Positions 18,501 through 27,145 of a DNA stretch of 64,000 nt are shown piece by piece. Position numbers and translations under genes: made by a program. Each line of letters starts with the position of its first letter. Within the stretch, counting starts at the first letter, position 1. The notes beneath the pieces are model-generated. The model saw nothing but the letters and a program-made list of their open reading frames with translations. It did no database searches and was not told where the DNA came from. Source of the stretch: Candidatus Eiseniibacteriota bacterium (GTDB lineage Bacteria; Arandabacterota; Arandabacteria; Arandabacterales; Arandabacteraceae); contig JBDRNT010000094.1 in assembly GCA_043810925.1 (NCBI GenBank), positions 14,113-78,112 on the forward strand, given 5' to 3'.

Positions 18501-20633
18501 CCCAGGGAAGGAGAGGAGACGCTTGTCAAGGTACGGGTGGCCAATGCGGGCCACACTGTTGCTGAGAACTTCATGGTCAGCACCTACGACGGAGTGGTGG
18601 AGGAGACTCATCTGATCGGATCGGCCGTGGTGGCCGGGTTGGGGGCGAAGTCCGACACCCTGATAACTTTCGCGTGGGAGATGCCGGGTGGCCAGACGAC
18701 ACGTCTCGTTTACGCGACAATAGATCTTGAGAATGCTGTGCTGGAGCGCTTTGAGCTCAACAACCAGGCGCACCGGCGTTTCTACCTGTCGCTTGCCGAT
18801 CTCAAAGTGACCATAGGCGACGTGCGGCCGTTCCCGGTGGTCATCGGAGAGTCCCTTACTGTGGATGCTCACCTGGAGAACGTCGGCTCCGATGTCGCGA
18901 GGGATTTCGAGTTGGTGTTCTATGACAGCCTCAGAGTAGAATCGCGGCGTTTTGCCGGCTTTCAGGTGGACTCTCTTTGCCCGGGTGAAAGCATGGATTT
19001 CAGCGTGCGCCACAGGATCGATTCATTCAGGGGCGACTTCGTGCGACTCTGGGGTGTCGTCGATCCTGCCCAGGGAGTGCTTGAGTACCATACGAGCAAC
19101 AACAACTCTTGTGTTGATGTCAACTCGGGTATTGGCGGCAGACTGCTGACGACGCCCTACGAGATTGCAGTTACTGCTCTGAAGTCTTCAAGGACGTGTT
19201 TTGTGCTCGAGTCGCCGTCTTGCCAGTGCCTTGTCGCATTCGGCAGCAGCCTTCCTTACAACGCCGTCTTTGAGACACTCGGAGCAGGCGTAGATGTATC
19301 GCGAAACACCATAGTCTTCAGCTCCGGCGGTGATATAGCGGGATTCGATGTCAAGGACAGCGTCCTGTTCGTGATCAGCTCGGCTGAGGAATATGAAACA
19401 CAGCCGGCGGTCTGGGGTGAGAATGTAGCATGGATATCCGAGGGTCCTGCATCCACGAGTCTGCGGCTGAGGAGAGCTTCAGGTGACATAGAGACCATAC
19501 GCAGCATAACGACGGGCAGCATTCGGAACCCCGATCTTTCGAACGCCCTGATCGTCTGGGAAGAGGACCTTGGTGGAGGATCCGATATTGTGGGTTACGA
19601 TCTTGAGGCCGACACCATCGTGGTGCTTTGCGGCGACGACGGCGACCAGGTGAATCCGGCTGTGTGGGGTGACAAGCTGGTGTGGGAGGATCACTCCGCT
19701 GACGGAGGAGATGTCCGGGCACTCGACTTCAGGTCCTTATCGAGGCTGGATGTAGCCGCCGGTGACGGCCTGCAGCGGCACCCGGTTGTGTACGGCGACA
19801 TCGTGGTCTGGCAGGATTCGAGGAACGGCAACTGGGACATATACGGTTACAGTTTCTCCAACGGCAGTGAGTTTCCCATATCACGCCAGGTGGACGATCA
19901 AGTACTTCCGTCCTTGAGTGACAGTACTGTTTTGTGGGTTGACCGGCGCGAGCCCGGTGAGATAGTGCTGGGTCTCAGATTCGGAGCCGACCGCAGGGTT
20001 GCAAGCGTGAGGGAATTCGAGGCTTTTTCTCAGGATGGCATGATCAAGGTCCGAAGCAATGTTGAGCAGGAGGACGACGGCCTCGTGTTCAACATCTACC
20101 GTTACCCGGACGATCGTCCAATGTCTGAAGACAGGTACTCTCACCTGCGGTATCAGTTCGAACTCGGGACCGACTCGGTCCATGTCTATGCGGATACGTT
20201 GGTCGCTGCCAGGAGATCCTTCTACTACACCCTCGGCATAATTGACGGCTACGGAGTTGAGACCTACTATGGACCCGTTGAGGGCAGGGCTTACGACGCG
20301 TCCCCACCCGGCTTTGTAATCGGGGCTCCTCACCCTAATCCTTTCAGACATGACGTTACCGTGACCTTCGGCTTGCCCAGAGCGCTCAGGCGGTCCGCCG
20401 ACAGTTCATGGCCCGATCCGGCCGGTGAGACAAGCAGTGTTGAAATGGCGGTGTATTCCGCGGATGGCCGGCTTGTCCGGACAATCCAGCGGGGCCATCT
20501 TACTCCAGGTTACTACAGGCTGTCCTGGGACGGCATGAACGAAAACGGCCGGCCTGTGAGTTCCGGAGTCTACTTCATCACGGCCTCCGCCGGTGACGTC
20601 GTCACCTCCCGAAAGGTCATTCTGGCCAAGTAG
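15513..20633 (+). CDS. Large secreted M6-family (immune inhibitor A-like) metalloprotease with FG-GAP repeats, two CARDB-like Ig domains, a beta-propeller and a C-terminal FlgD-Ig domain
   Basis: HEFGHLLGLPDLY, WSLMAYG, YFMVENR, DLDGDG repeats, ERFELNN and EYHTSNN, VVWQDSRNGNWDIY, HPNPF...SGVYF...RKVILAK. Confidence 0.85.
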   Translation: MKRQLAVRLLVLLAVLLAGRSACAVALRPDVFERLHSEGRVEHVRQMLELKRAEEPVDRNVKTAGSLRALVLMIDFDDVAADTILHSRQHFNEMLFSLDNELSMRNYYLWSSYGALDITGEIYGWFRVKEPLSYYANSNAGMDAYPRNAQKMIEDALDAADYRVDFSQFDNDGPDGIPDSGDDDGYVDFLMVVHAGQGYEQTMNPGHIHSHVSTIRARPVDGVYARMYSTEPEDGPVGTFAHEFGHLLGLPDLYDITLNTYGLGMWSLMAYGSWGEGGRRPVGLDPWCKTQLGFLEPVVIDSNYVEYELPCIEDGPDALKLWSQGETGKQYFMVENRRSKSWDSWLTWFDEGLLVYHVDERHQDNSSDSGHLISLEQADGRFDLEERRLWGFGSDGGDPYPGETGNRTFSWWTRPDNQSNEGSPTQVSLRNISDPGDVMTFDVEVWSPVILFEDYRIDDESGDGDGEPDPGEEINLGLRFRNRGITCDDLTVTLRTDDPHVTPGETVVLLEAIEGGSLSGVSNISMQIDETVPEPYDVEFEITIEGTHAYGIYQSTDRFVLGVPVRRLPGWPVFAGDGMTASPAVADLDGDGVKEIIVGCNDGMLYAWKLDGTPVPGWPAVVGAPVHSKPAVCDVDLDFRSEVVVTSRDGRVHVFENDGTPCPGWPRSTGDQILSSALLADIDDDGIVEIICGSTDGQVYAWNENGGLVSGWPVDMGGSEVWMSAAAADVDGDHLEEVVIGGYGGPLYVLDGNGEVLSGWPAPVGRGCGDGSPCVADFDGDGTLEIAISGLFSNSIYLVGLDGRIRPGWPRWPFNCHELSNPVPADIDNDGLPEVAVSTSCGTIVAWNANGSQCNAIEAHAPDPIRGCEPIFLDIDGNGSIEGLAGTSEYGDGEVYVFGSEGVLTGFPIDVGGEVAATPVVDDLDGDGNAEIVAVTKAGQVYVWRFVGPKQTGRIEYSQSRSNVWNTGHYDFVPHDNIPLADLALSAGDISLDPHEPREGEETLVKVRVANAGHTVAENFMVSTYDGVVEETHLIGSAVVAGLGAKSDTLITFAWEMPGGQTTRLVYATIDLENAVLERFELNNQAHRRFYLSLADLKVTIGDVRPFPVVIGESLTVDAHLENVGSDVARDFELVFYDSLRVESRRFAGFQVDSLCPGESMDFSVRHRIDSFRGDFVRLWGVVDPAQGVLEYHTSNNNSCVDVNSGIGGRLLTTPYEIAVTALKSSRTCFVLESPSCQCLVAFGSSLPYNAVFETLGAGVDVSRNTIVFSSGGDIAGFDVKDSVLFVISSAEEYETQPAVWGENVAWISEGPASTSLRLRRASGDIETIRSITTGSIRNPDLSNALIVWEEDLGGGSDIVGYDLEADTIVVLCGDDGDQVNPAVWGDKLVWEDHSADGGDVRALDFRSLSRLDVAAGDGLQRHPVVYGDIVVWQDSRNGNWDIYGYSFSNGSEFPISRQVDDQVLPSLSDSTVLWVDRREPGEIVLGLRFGADRRVASVREFEAFSQDGMIKVRSNVEQEDDGLVFNIYRYPDDRPMSEDRYSHLRYQFELGTDSVHVYADTLVAARRSFYYTLGIIDGYGVETYYGPVEGRAYDASPPGFVIGAPHPNPFRHDVTVTFGLPRALRRSADSSWPDPAGETSSVEMAVYSADGRLVRTIQRGHLTPGYYRLSWDGMNENGRPVSSGVYFITASAGDVVTSRKVILAK

Positions 20634-20686
20634 ACCGGCCGCGGTCTCTTGACGAGCGCACCCCCGTCTGATAACTTGCTGATGAT

Positions 20687-21157
20687 ATGGACTTAGGACA
20701 CGACAGTATCTGGATGACGGAAGCCTTAAAGGAAGCAAGGCGGGCCTTTGAGGAGGGTGAAGTCCCGGTTGGTGCCATCGTGGTGGCCGGTGGGAAGATC
20801 ATAGGCAGAGGCCACAACCGGGTCGAGAACCTCAAGGACGCGACTGCACATGCGGAGATTATCGCACTCGGGGCCGCCTCGAGCGGTGTAGGTGACTGGA
20901 GGCTTGAAGAGTCGACGGTATATGTCACGCTCGAACCCTGCGTGATGTGTCTGGGAGCGATGTTCCTGGCCAGGGTCGCGAGGCTCGTATTCGGTTCCGC
21001 GGACAGGCGCGGTGGTGCCTGTGGCGGTGCGGTCGACCTTGGAAGGTTGAAATACATGGACAGGGAGATTACGATAGATGGAGGTATGCTCGAGGAGGAG
21101 TGCAAGGGTCTGCTCCTCGAGTTCTTCTCAAAGGTGAGAAAGTCAGAGGAACCATGA
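20687..21157 (+). CDS. tadA: tRNA adenosine(34) deaminase
   Basis: EVPVGA, TAHAEI, YVTLEPCVMC motifs; adjacent to tRNA-Ser genes. Confidence 0.9.
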   Translation: MDLGHDSIWMTEALKEARRAFEEGEVPVGAIVVAGGKIIGRGHNRVENLKDATAHAEIIALGAASSGVGDWRLEESTVYVTLEPCVMCLGAMFLARVARLVFGSADRRGGACGGAVDLGRLKYMDREITIDGGMLEEECKGLLLEFFSKVRKSEEP

Positions 21158-21162
21158 AAAGC

Positions 21163-21252
21163 GGAGAGATGCCAGAGCGGTTGAATGGGGCGGTCTCGAA
21201 AACCGTTGGGCAGGCAACTGCCCCGGGGGTTCGAATCCCTCTCTCTCCGCCA
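21163..21252 (+). tRNA. tRNA-Ser(CGA)
   Basis: Anticodon loop CT-CGA-AA, long variable arm, CCA. Confidence 0.95.
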
Positions 21253-21343
21253 TCCCCCAAAAATCCCTCGGGGTCAGGTCTTGAAATTGAGCGTCGGGTC
21301 TCCATGCCCGGCGAAGAAGTAAGATCGTGAATAATCACATGGT

Positions 21344-21433
21344 GGAGAGATGCGAGAGCGGCTTAATCGGCGTGACTGGAAATCACGTGGACGGGCAACC
21401 GTCCCGAGGGTTCGAATCCCTCTCTCTCCGCCA
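21344..21433 (+). tRNA. tRNA-Ser(GGA)
   Basis: Anticodon arm CGTGA-CT-GGA-AA-TCACG, long variable arm, CCA. Confidence 0.95.
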
Positions 21434-21459
21434 CTAAGAAACCAAATGCAGAAATGCAG

Positions 21460-21506
21460 GGGGTCAGAGCTAGAAAGTTACACCTGTTGGGGTCAGAGCT
21501 AAAAAG
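21460..21506 (+). repeat. Two direct copies of the GGGGTCAGAGCT repeat unit
   Basis: Copies at 21460 and 21489 match the unit at 1582; a related GGGGTCAGGTCTTGAAA lies at 21270. Confidence 0.8.
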
Positions 21507-21583
21507 TTGCGTGGCCTGCAGATGGATCATTGCCCTCCGGGAATGGTCCGGATGATGTCGACAACGGGTGCTGAGGAGGCAAG

Positions 21584-21955
21584 TTGAGATCGGTAAGGAT
21601 CAAGATCGGTGAGATCACACTGGAGGCTGAGCTCGGACAGTCAAAAACCGCTCAGCTGGTGTGGGCCGCGTTGCCGTTTGCCGGAAACGCGCAGATGTGG
21701 GGAGATGAGATCTACTTCAGAGTCCCTGTTGCGGCCGAACTCGAGAATCCCAGGAGGGTAGTCGAAATTGGAGACATCGGGTACTGGCCAACAGGCAACG
21801 CGTTCTGTATATTCTATGGAAAGACCCCGGCAAGCAGCGGTGATGATATCGTGCCGGCAAGTCCGGTCGACGTGATCGGCCGGGTGACGTCCGATGTTTC
21901 GGTCCTTAAGGGCATCACCGATCCGGGAAGGGTGACAGTGGAAAAGGGGATGTAG
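21584..21955 (+). CDS. Cyclophilin-like fold protein
   Basis: LPF...WGDEIYF, GDIGYWPTGNAFCIFYGKTP, PASPVDVIG; TTG start behind GAGGAGG. Confidence 0.75.
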   Translation: MRSVRIKIGEITLEAELGQSKTAQLVWAALPFAGNAQMWGDEIYFRVPVAAELENPRRVVEIGDIGYWPTGNAFCIFYGKTPASSGDDIVPASPVDVIGRVTSDVSVLKGITDPGRVTVEKGM

Positions 21956-22021
21956 CTCAGTTGGGAGAGCGCTGCCTTCGCAAGGCAGAGGTCGGCGGTT
22001 CGAATCCGCTCATCTCCACCA
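21946..22021 (+). tRNA. tRNA-Ala(CGC)
   Basis: GGGGATG/CATCTCC acceptor stem with the G3:U70 identity pair; anticodon CGC; CCA. Confidence 0.95.
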
Positions 22022-22026
22022 TAGAT

Positions 22027-22060
22027 GCGGCGGGCCCCCTCGGGCTCGCCGCCTTCGTAT
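22027..22060 (+). terminator. GC-rich hairpin after tRNA-Ala, possible terminator
   Basis: GCGGCGGGCCC-CCTC-GGGCTCGCCGC; weak T tract. Confidence 0.4.
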
Positions 22061-22245
22061 TCTGAGACGTCGGCCACAGCGCCCCGATGTCAAAGTCAAA
22101 GGCGTCCACGCAGAGTGCGGTGTCGCACCGGTGTTCCACCTCCGACGATGTTATAGGCCGGCAAAAACATCTTGTAAGCTGCGGCGAATAAGTGTAAACA
22201 TCTGGCAGGTCAATCTTGACTTCATGCCGGGAGGTTGATTCCACT

Positions 22246-23052
22246 ATGAAGCGTCTAATCGGAAGGTCACACATTGTATCGCGCAGACTGATCCTCGGTG
22301 CGGTATGTCTTGCATTCGTCGTTGTGGCGTGCAGTTACGTCCCGCTTACCGGGCGCAAGCGGTTCATGCTTGTCGATGAAGGGACCGAGCTCGAACTTGG
22401 AATTCAGACATACAAGGAAGTACTTGAAGAGTCGACACTCTCAACGGACAGCCGGGCCGTCGGACGAATCCGGACGATAGGCGGCCGGATAGCAGACGTC
22501 ACGGGTAAGACGGACTACGAGTGGGAATTCAACCTGATAGAAGCGGACACCGTGTTCAACGCCTTCTGTCTGCCCGGCGGCAAGGTTGCAGTCTATACCG
22601 GGATCCTCGAACTTGCGTCTTCCGATGCCGAGGTGGCGACCGTGATGGCCCACGAGATCGCGCATGCCATCGCAAGACATGGGGGTGAGCGTATGTCCCA
22701 GATGCTTGCTCTCCAGCTTGGCAGCATAGCACTTGAGGAAGCGATGAAGACGAAAAGTGAGAAGACGATGGAGATTGCGCGGGCGGCCTACGGCGTCGGC
22801 GCAGGTCTGCTCTATATCCTCCCCTACAGCAGAACCCATGAGAGCGAAGCGGATTACATGGGGCTCATATATATGGCCCAGGCCGGTTATGATCCGAGAG
22901 GGGCAGTCAGCTTCTGGGAGAAGATGCAGAAGGAGCATGCCGGGCAGGAGCCGCCGGAATTCCTCTCGACCCACCCGAACAGCGGGACAAGGATCGCAGA
23001 TCTCCAGGGCTGGATGCCCGAGGCCCTGGGCCACTACGAAAAGACACGCTAA
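22246..23052 (+). CDS. M48-family metallopeptidase lipoprotein
   Basis: Lipobox VVAC, NAFCLPGG, HEIAH, YSRTHESEAD, FLSTHP. Confidence 0.9.
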   Translation: MKRLIGRSHIVSRRLILGAVCLAFVVVACSYVPLTGRKRFMLVDEGTELELGIQTYKEVLEESTLSTDSRAVGRIRTIGGRIADVTGKTDYEWEFNLIEADTVFNAFCLPGGKVAVYTGILELASSDAEVATVMAHEIAHAIARHGGERMSQMLALQLGSIALEEAMKTKSEKTMEIARAAYGVGAGLLYILPYSRTHESEADYMGLIYMAQAGYDPRGAVSFWEKMQKEHAGQEPPEFLSTHPNSGTRIADLQGWMPEALGHYEKTR

Positions 23053-23095
23053 TACCGCCGTACGCAAAGCGTTACGCGACTCCGGGTTATTGTGC

Positions 23096-23124
23096 TTGAC
23101 CCCCCCATCCTTTGCTGGTATCGT
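23096..23124 (+). promoter_or_regulatory. sigma70-type promoter upstream of the SRP RNA
   Basis: TTGACC-17 bp-TATCGT with an extended -10 TGn. Confidence 0.55.
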
Positions 23125-23307
23125 CTTGGGGCAATAGTCAGCAGTCGCAAATTCTGAGCTCTGATCCCCGGTGAGACTCCCGGTGATGAAGGGTCATCCT
23201 TGGGGGATCGAGCTTAAAACGGATGGGGACAGACCCGGAAAGAAGGGTAGTCGTCGGGCACGGAAACCCGACGCTGCATTTCAAGATGTGACCTGATGGT
23301 TTTTTGT

Positions 23308-23579
23308 GGGTCGTGCTAGATGGGGAGGTAGCGGTGCCCTGTAACCCGCAAGCCGCTATAGCGGGATCGAACTCCCTTCTGCGGTCTTGTCTTCTTGGGA
23401 ACGCGGCCGGGTAAGCGGTGTTGAAGATCAGGTCCTACGCAATGGAAACTTGTGAACCCCGTCAGGACCGGAAGGTAGCAGCGGTAAACGAGAAACTCCA
23501 TGTGCCGTAGGGTAACCTGGTTGGAGCTGGCTGCCCGGGAGGCACCCGGGGAGTGGGATCAAGGAAGGGTGCACGGCCT
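23308..23579 (+). ncRNA. ffs: Large (Alu-domain-containing) signal recognition particle RNA
   Basis: 5' GGGGAGGTAGCGGTGCCCTGTAACCCGCAAGCCGCT resembles the Bacillus scRNA Alu domain; helix-8 motif TCAGGACCGGAAGGTAGCAGC; termini GGGTCGTGC/GCACGGCCT pair; lies upstream of dnaX. Confidence 0.92.
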
Positions 23580-23606
23580 GTTAAGCGTGTTAAGACAGAG
23601 GACGTC

Positions 23607-25298
23607 ATGACACCCGATAAGAGTGGCTACATAGTCATCGCAAGGAAGTGGCGACCCGCCACCTTTGACGAAGTGATCGGGCAGGAGCATGTGAGCCGCA
23701 CCCTCAAGAACGCCATAACAGGCGAGCGGGTGGCACACGCCTACCTGTTCACGGGCCCCCGTGGGGTCGGCAAGACGACGGTCGCAAGAGTGCTCGCGAA
23801 ATCGCTCAACTGTGTTGATGGCCCCACCACGAATCCATGCGGCAAGTGCTCTGCCTGTACGGAGATTGCCCAGGGAACCAGTATGGACGTGATGGAAATC
23901 GACGGCGCTTCAAACCGGGGTATAGATGAGATCAGGAACCTGAGAGAAAGCGTGCGGTATGCATCGGTTGGGGGGAAGAAGAAGGTCTACATAATCGACG
24001 AAGTTCACATGCTGACCCAGGAGGCCTTCAACGCTCTTCTTAAGACGCTTGAAGAACCGCCGTCCCATGTCGTGTTTGTCTTCGCGACCACCCAGCCGCT
24101 CAAGCTCCCCCGGACGATCGTTTCGAGATGCCAGCGTTTCGATTTCAGAAGGATACCTGCCGACAAGATCTCGGCAAGGCTCAAGCATATCTGTGAGGCA
24201 GAAGGGTTCACATGTGAGACCAATGCGCTTGCGATGATCTCCCAGCGGTCTGAGGGAAGCATGCGTGACGCTCAGAGCATGCTCGAGCAGGTACTTGCTT
24301 TCAGCGGAGGAACGGCGACCGAGGTTGACATAAGACCGATCATGGGCTTAAGGGGGAGCGAGACAGTATCATCCATCGCCAAAGCGATCATGGGCGGTGA
24401 TGAGGCCGGAGTCCTCACTCTCACGGGAGAAGCGTTCGATGGCGGGGTCGACCCGCTTGATCTCGTCGTCTCGCTTACCGAGTGGATCCGCTATCTCCTT
24501 ATCGCCTCGATAGATGCCAAGTCGCGGGAGTTGGAGTCCCTGACCGATGAAACAAGGCGGGAGCTGGCCGGTGAGGTCGAGGGTGTGACAACCGAGCACC
24601 TGCTTAGCCTGCTATCGATGATCGCTGATGCCGAGGACTCGGTCAAGCGGGCCGGCCATCAGAGATACCTGCTTGAATCGGTGCTGCTTCGTATGACGCA
24701 TGTCAGATCGATCGCAAAGATATCCACACTGGTCGAGCTGCTGAAGAAGATGGAAGGCGGAGGCCCTTCGGGGGACAAGGGTCTCAAGGACGCCGGGGTA
24801 CCGCTCCGCGATGCGGCTGTGCCCAGACCGGCCCGAAAGAAGAAGACCGCCGAGACCGCACAGGTGACGCCCCCAACCGCGGGCATAGTCACCGGCTGGC
24901 AGGATATCGTCGAGGGTCTGCGGGAGACCAAGACTGCTCTTGCCTCGATCCTCGATCTCTGTGAGCCGCCGAAACTGTCGGAGGGCGTATACTGGCTGCA
25001 GGTACCGAGCTCTTTCCATGAGAGCATGGTTATGAAGGGCCAGAACATGCGCATATTGACACAGGAGTTCCAAAAGCTTACCAATACTGCGGTGGTCATA
25101 CGGACCAGGGTAAGTGTCCCCGCTGAAGAAGCAGTCGAAGACACGGTAAGACCCAAAGACGAACCGACGACGGAAGAACTTGTCGCGCTCGCAAACAAGG
25201 ACCCGATTGTCAAGACGCTGATCGAGAATCTGGGTGGCAAGGTCGTGGGAATAAGACAGCAGAAGAAGGACCGTTCTCAGAGAGAGCCGGCCTCGTGA
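23607..25298 (+). CDS. dnaX: DNA polymerase III subunit gamma/tau
   Basis: ARKWRP, GPRGVGKTT, IDEVHML, SRCQ; the ORF-track start at 23553 lies inside the SRP RNA, so ATG 23607 is used. Confidence 0.95.
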   Translation: MTPDKSGYIVIARKWRPATFDEVIGQEHVSRTLKNAITGERVAHAYLFTGPRGVGKTTVARVLAKSLNCVDGPTTNPCGKCSACTEIAQGTSMDVMEIDGASNRGIDEIRNLRESVRYASVGGKKKVYIIDEVHMLTQEAFNALLKTLEEPPSHVVFVFATTQPLKLPRTIVSRCQRFDFRRIPADKISARLKHICEAEGFTCETNALAMISQRSEGSMRDAQSMLEQVLAFSGGTATEVDIRPIMGLRGSETVSSIAKAIMGGDEAGVLTLTGEAFDGGVDPLDLVVSLTEWIRYLLIASIDAKSRELESLTDETRRELAGEVEGVTTEHLLSLLSMIADAEDSVKRAGHQRYLLESVLLRMTHVRSIAKISTLVELLKKMEGGGPSGDKGLKDAGVPLRDAAVPRPARKKKTAETAQVTPPTAGIVTGWQDIVEGLRETKTALASILDLCEPPKLSEGVYWLQVPSSFHESMVMKGQNMRILTQEFQKLTNTAVVIRTRVSVPAEEAVEDTVRPKDEPTTEELVALANKDPIVKTLIENLGGKVVGIRQQKKDRSQREPAS

Positions 25299-25312
25299 GG
25301 AGGTGACATCCG

Positions 25313-25630
25313 GTGAGTAACAAGTTGGGGGATATCATGCGGCAGGCGCAGAAGCTGCAGACCCAGATGAAGAAGATCCAGGATGAGCTTGCAGATAAGA
25401 CCGTCGAAGCCTCAGCCGGAGGAGGCATGGTCACGGTAATAGCGAACGGAAAACAGGACATCATCAGCATCAAGATCGATCCTGAGGTCGTCAGCAAGGA
25501 CGATGTGGAGATGCTCGAGGATCTTATAGTTGCTGCAGTTAACGAATCCAGAAAGCGGGCCCAGGAGCTGATGATGGGCGAGATGGCGAAGGTGACGGGT
25601 GGAATGGGCTTGCCCCCTGGCATGTTCTGA
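25313..25630 (+). CDS. ybaB: YbaB/EbfC nucleoid-associated protein
   Basis: AGGGMVTV, LEDLIVAAVN; dnaX-ybaB-recR synteny. Confidence 0.95.
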   Translation: MSNKLGDIMRQAQKLQTQMKKIQDELADKTVEASAGGGMVTVIANGKQDIISIKIDPEVVSKDDVEMLEDLIVAAVNESRKRAQELMMGEMAKVTGGMGLPPGMF

Positions 25631-25641
25631 TGAGGTAAACC

Positions 25642-26244
25642 TTGCTTGGCAGTTCCGATAGAATCGAACGACTGATTCAAGAGCTCACCAAGATGCCGAC
25701 GATAGGCAGGCGTACGGCGCAGCGGCTTGCGCTCTACCTGCTCAAGGCGCCGTCGGAGGAAGTCACGGCGCTCGCACGGGCCATGATCGAGATGAAGAAG
25801 AGGGTCAAGTACTGCTCGGAGTGCGGTGGGATCACGGAGCAGGATCCGTGCGCAATATGCTGCGACCCCAGGCGTGACCGGTCGGTGATCTGCGTTGTCG
25901 AGGAACCCGGTAATGTGATGGGCGTGGAGAGGACGGGCGAGTTTAAAGGTCTCTATCATGTCCTCCACGGCAGGCTGTCGCCGCTTGACGGTGTCGGCCC
26001 CGAGGATCTGTCGGTCGAGAGCCTCCTGGACCGGATAAGAACGCAGGGAACACGTGAAGTCATCATAGCGACCAACCCGAATGTCGAAGGTGAGGCGACA
26101 TGCAACTATGTTGCGGGACTGGTCAAACCGCTTGGTGTCAGGGTTACGACGATAGCACGGGGCGTCCCGATGGGCAGTGACCTTGACCTTGCCGATGAGG
26201 TCACCCTTGCAAGGGCTATTGAGGGACGCGGAGAGATCAAGTAA
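25642..26244 (+). CDS. recR: Recombination protein RecR
   Basis: C4 Zn finger, YHVLHG, IATNPNVEGEAT. Confidence 0.95.
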   Translation: MLGSSDRIERLIQELTKMPTIGRRTAQRLALYLLKAPSEEVTALARAMIEMKKRVKYCSECGGITEQDPCAICCDPRRDRSVICVVEEPGNVMGVERTGEFKGLYHVLHGRLSPLDGVGPEDLSVESLLDRIRTQGTREVIIATNPNVEGEATCNYVAGLVKPLGVRVTTIARGVPMGSDLDLADEVTLARAIEGRGEIK

Positions 26245-26264
26245 ATTCTTATGAGGAGGATGTC

Positions 26265-26840
26265 ATGGGTGCATTGACTGAAATAAGGTGGCATGGAAGA
26301 GGAGGGCAGGGTGCCAAAACCGCGTCATTCCTGCTTGCCGAGTCGCTTATAGACCAGGGCAAGTTCGCACAGGGCTTCCCTGACTACGGACCGGAGCGCA
26401 TGGGTGCCCCGATAAGGGGATACAACAGAATATGCGACGAACCCGTGAGTCTCCACTGTGATGTGGCGGCTCCCGGTATCGTGATTGTCCTGGATCCGAC
26501 CCTGATCGGAACTGATGACATCACGGGTGGACTTCTTAAGGACGGCACGGTGCTGGTCAATTCTCCGAGTGGTGCGGAGGAGATCAGGAAAGAGCTCGGT
26601 CTCGAGGGCGGCAGTGTGTATACGGTGGATGCCACGGGGATTGCTCTTGATGAGATCGGTAGACCCATTCCAAACCTACCCATGATAGGCGCGCTCCTAA
26701 AGGTGACCGGTCTGGCGGACATAGACAGCATGACGTCGATTGTGCGCAAGAAGTTTGAAGGCAAATTCACAAAGCCGATCATCGACGGCAACGTAAGAGC
26801 TATGAAAAGGGCTTACGAGGAGGTAAGAGCAGAGAAATGA
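26265..26840 (+). CDS. porC: 2-oxoacid (pyruvate):ferredoxin oxidoreductase gamma subunit
   Basis: EIRWHGRGGQGA, YGPERMGAP. Confidence 0.9.
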   Translation: MGALTEIRWHGRGGQGAKTASFLLAESLIDQGKFAQGFPDYGPERMGAPIRGYNRICDEPVSLHCDVAAPGIVIVLDPTLIGTDDITGGLLKDGTVLVNSPSGAEEIRKELGLEGGSVYTVDATGIALDEIGRPIPNLPMIGALLKVTGLADIDSMTSIVRKKFEGKFTKPIIDGNVRAMKRAYEEVRAEK

Positions 26841-27145
26841 AGAAGAAGGGGTGGAAGGAACTGGCGATTGGCGGACGAATAGATGAGGCGGGCTGCGCCG
26901 AACAATATGAAACCGGTTCGTGGCGCACCTTCAGGCCCGTAAGAGATGAGGAAAAGTGTACTCACTGTCTCAGGTGCTGGATCTACTGCCCTGATTCTGC
27001 CATAAAGGTTGAGGACGGCAAGGTGGTCGGCCTCGATCTCGATCACTGCAAGGGCTGCGGCATATGCGCCGAGGTCTGTCCGCCGAAGATACATGCGATC
27101 GAGATGATCCAGGAGGCCGAATTGAAGCAGAAGGAGCATGAGTGA
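26837..27145 (+). CDS. porD: 2-oxoacid:ferredoxin oxidoreductase delta subunit (2x[4Fe-4S])
   Basis: TGSWRTFRP, CTHCLRCWIYCPD, CKGCGICAEVCP. Confidence 0.9.
   Translation: MKKKGWKELAIGGRIDEAGCAEQYETGSWRTFRPVRDEEKCTHCLRCWIYCPDSAIKVEDGKVVGLDLDHCKGCGICAEVCPPKIHAIEMIQEAELKQKEHE

Noticed and set aside
23170..23300. M-box or other riboswitch, suggested by GGTGAGACTCC
   Set aside because: The similarity does not extend beyond about 10 nt, and the downstream gene is the SRP RNA.
24740..24860. dnaX programmed frameshift producing the gamma subunit
   Set aside because: No A AAA AAG slippery site or long A run was seen in the linker region.
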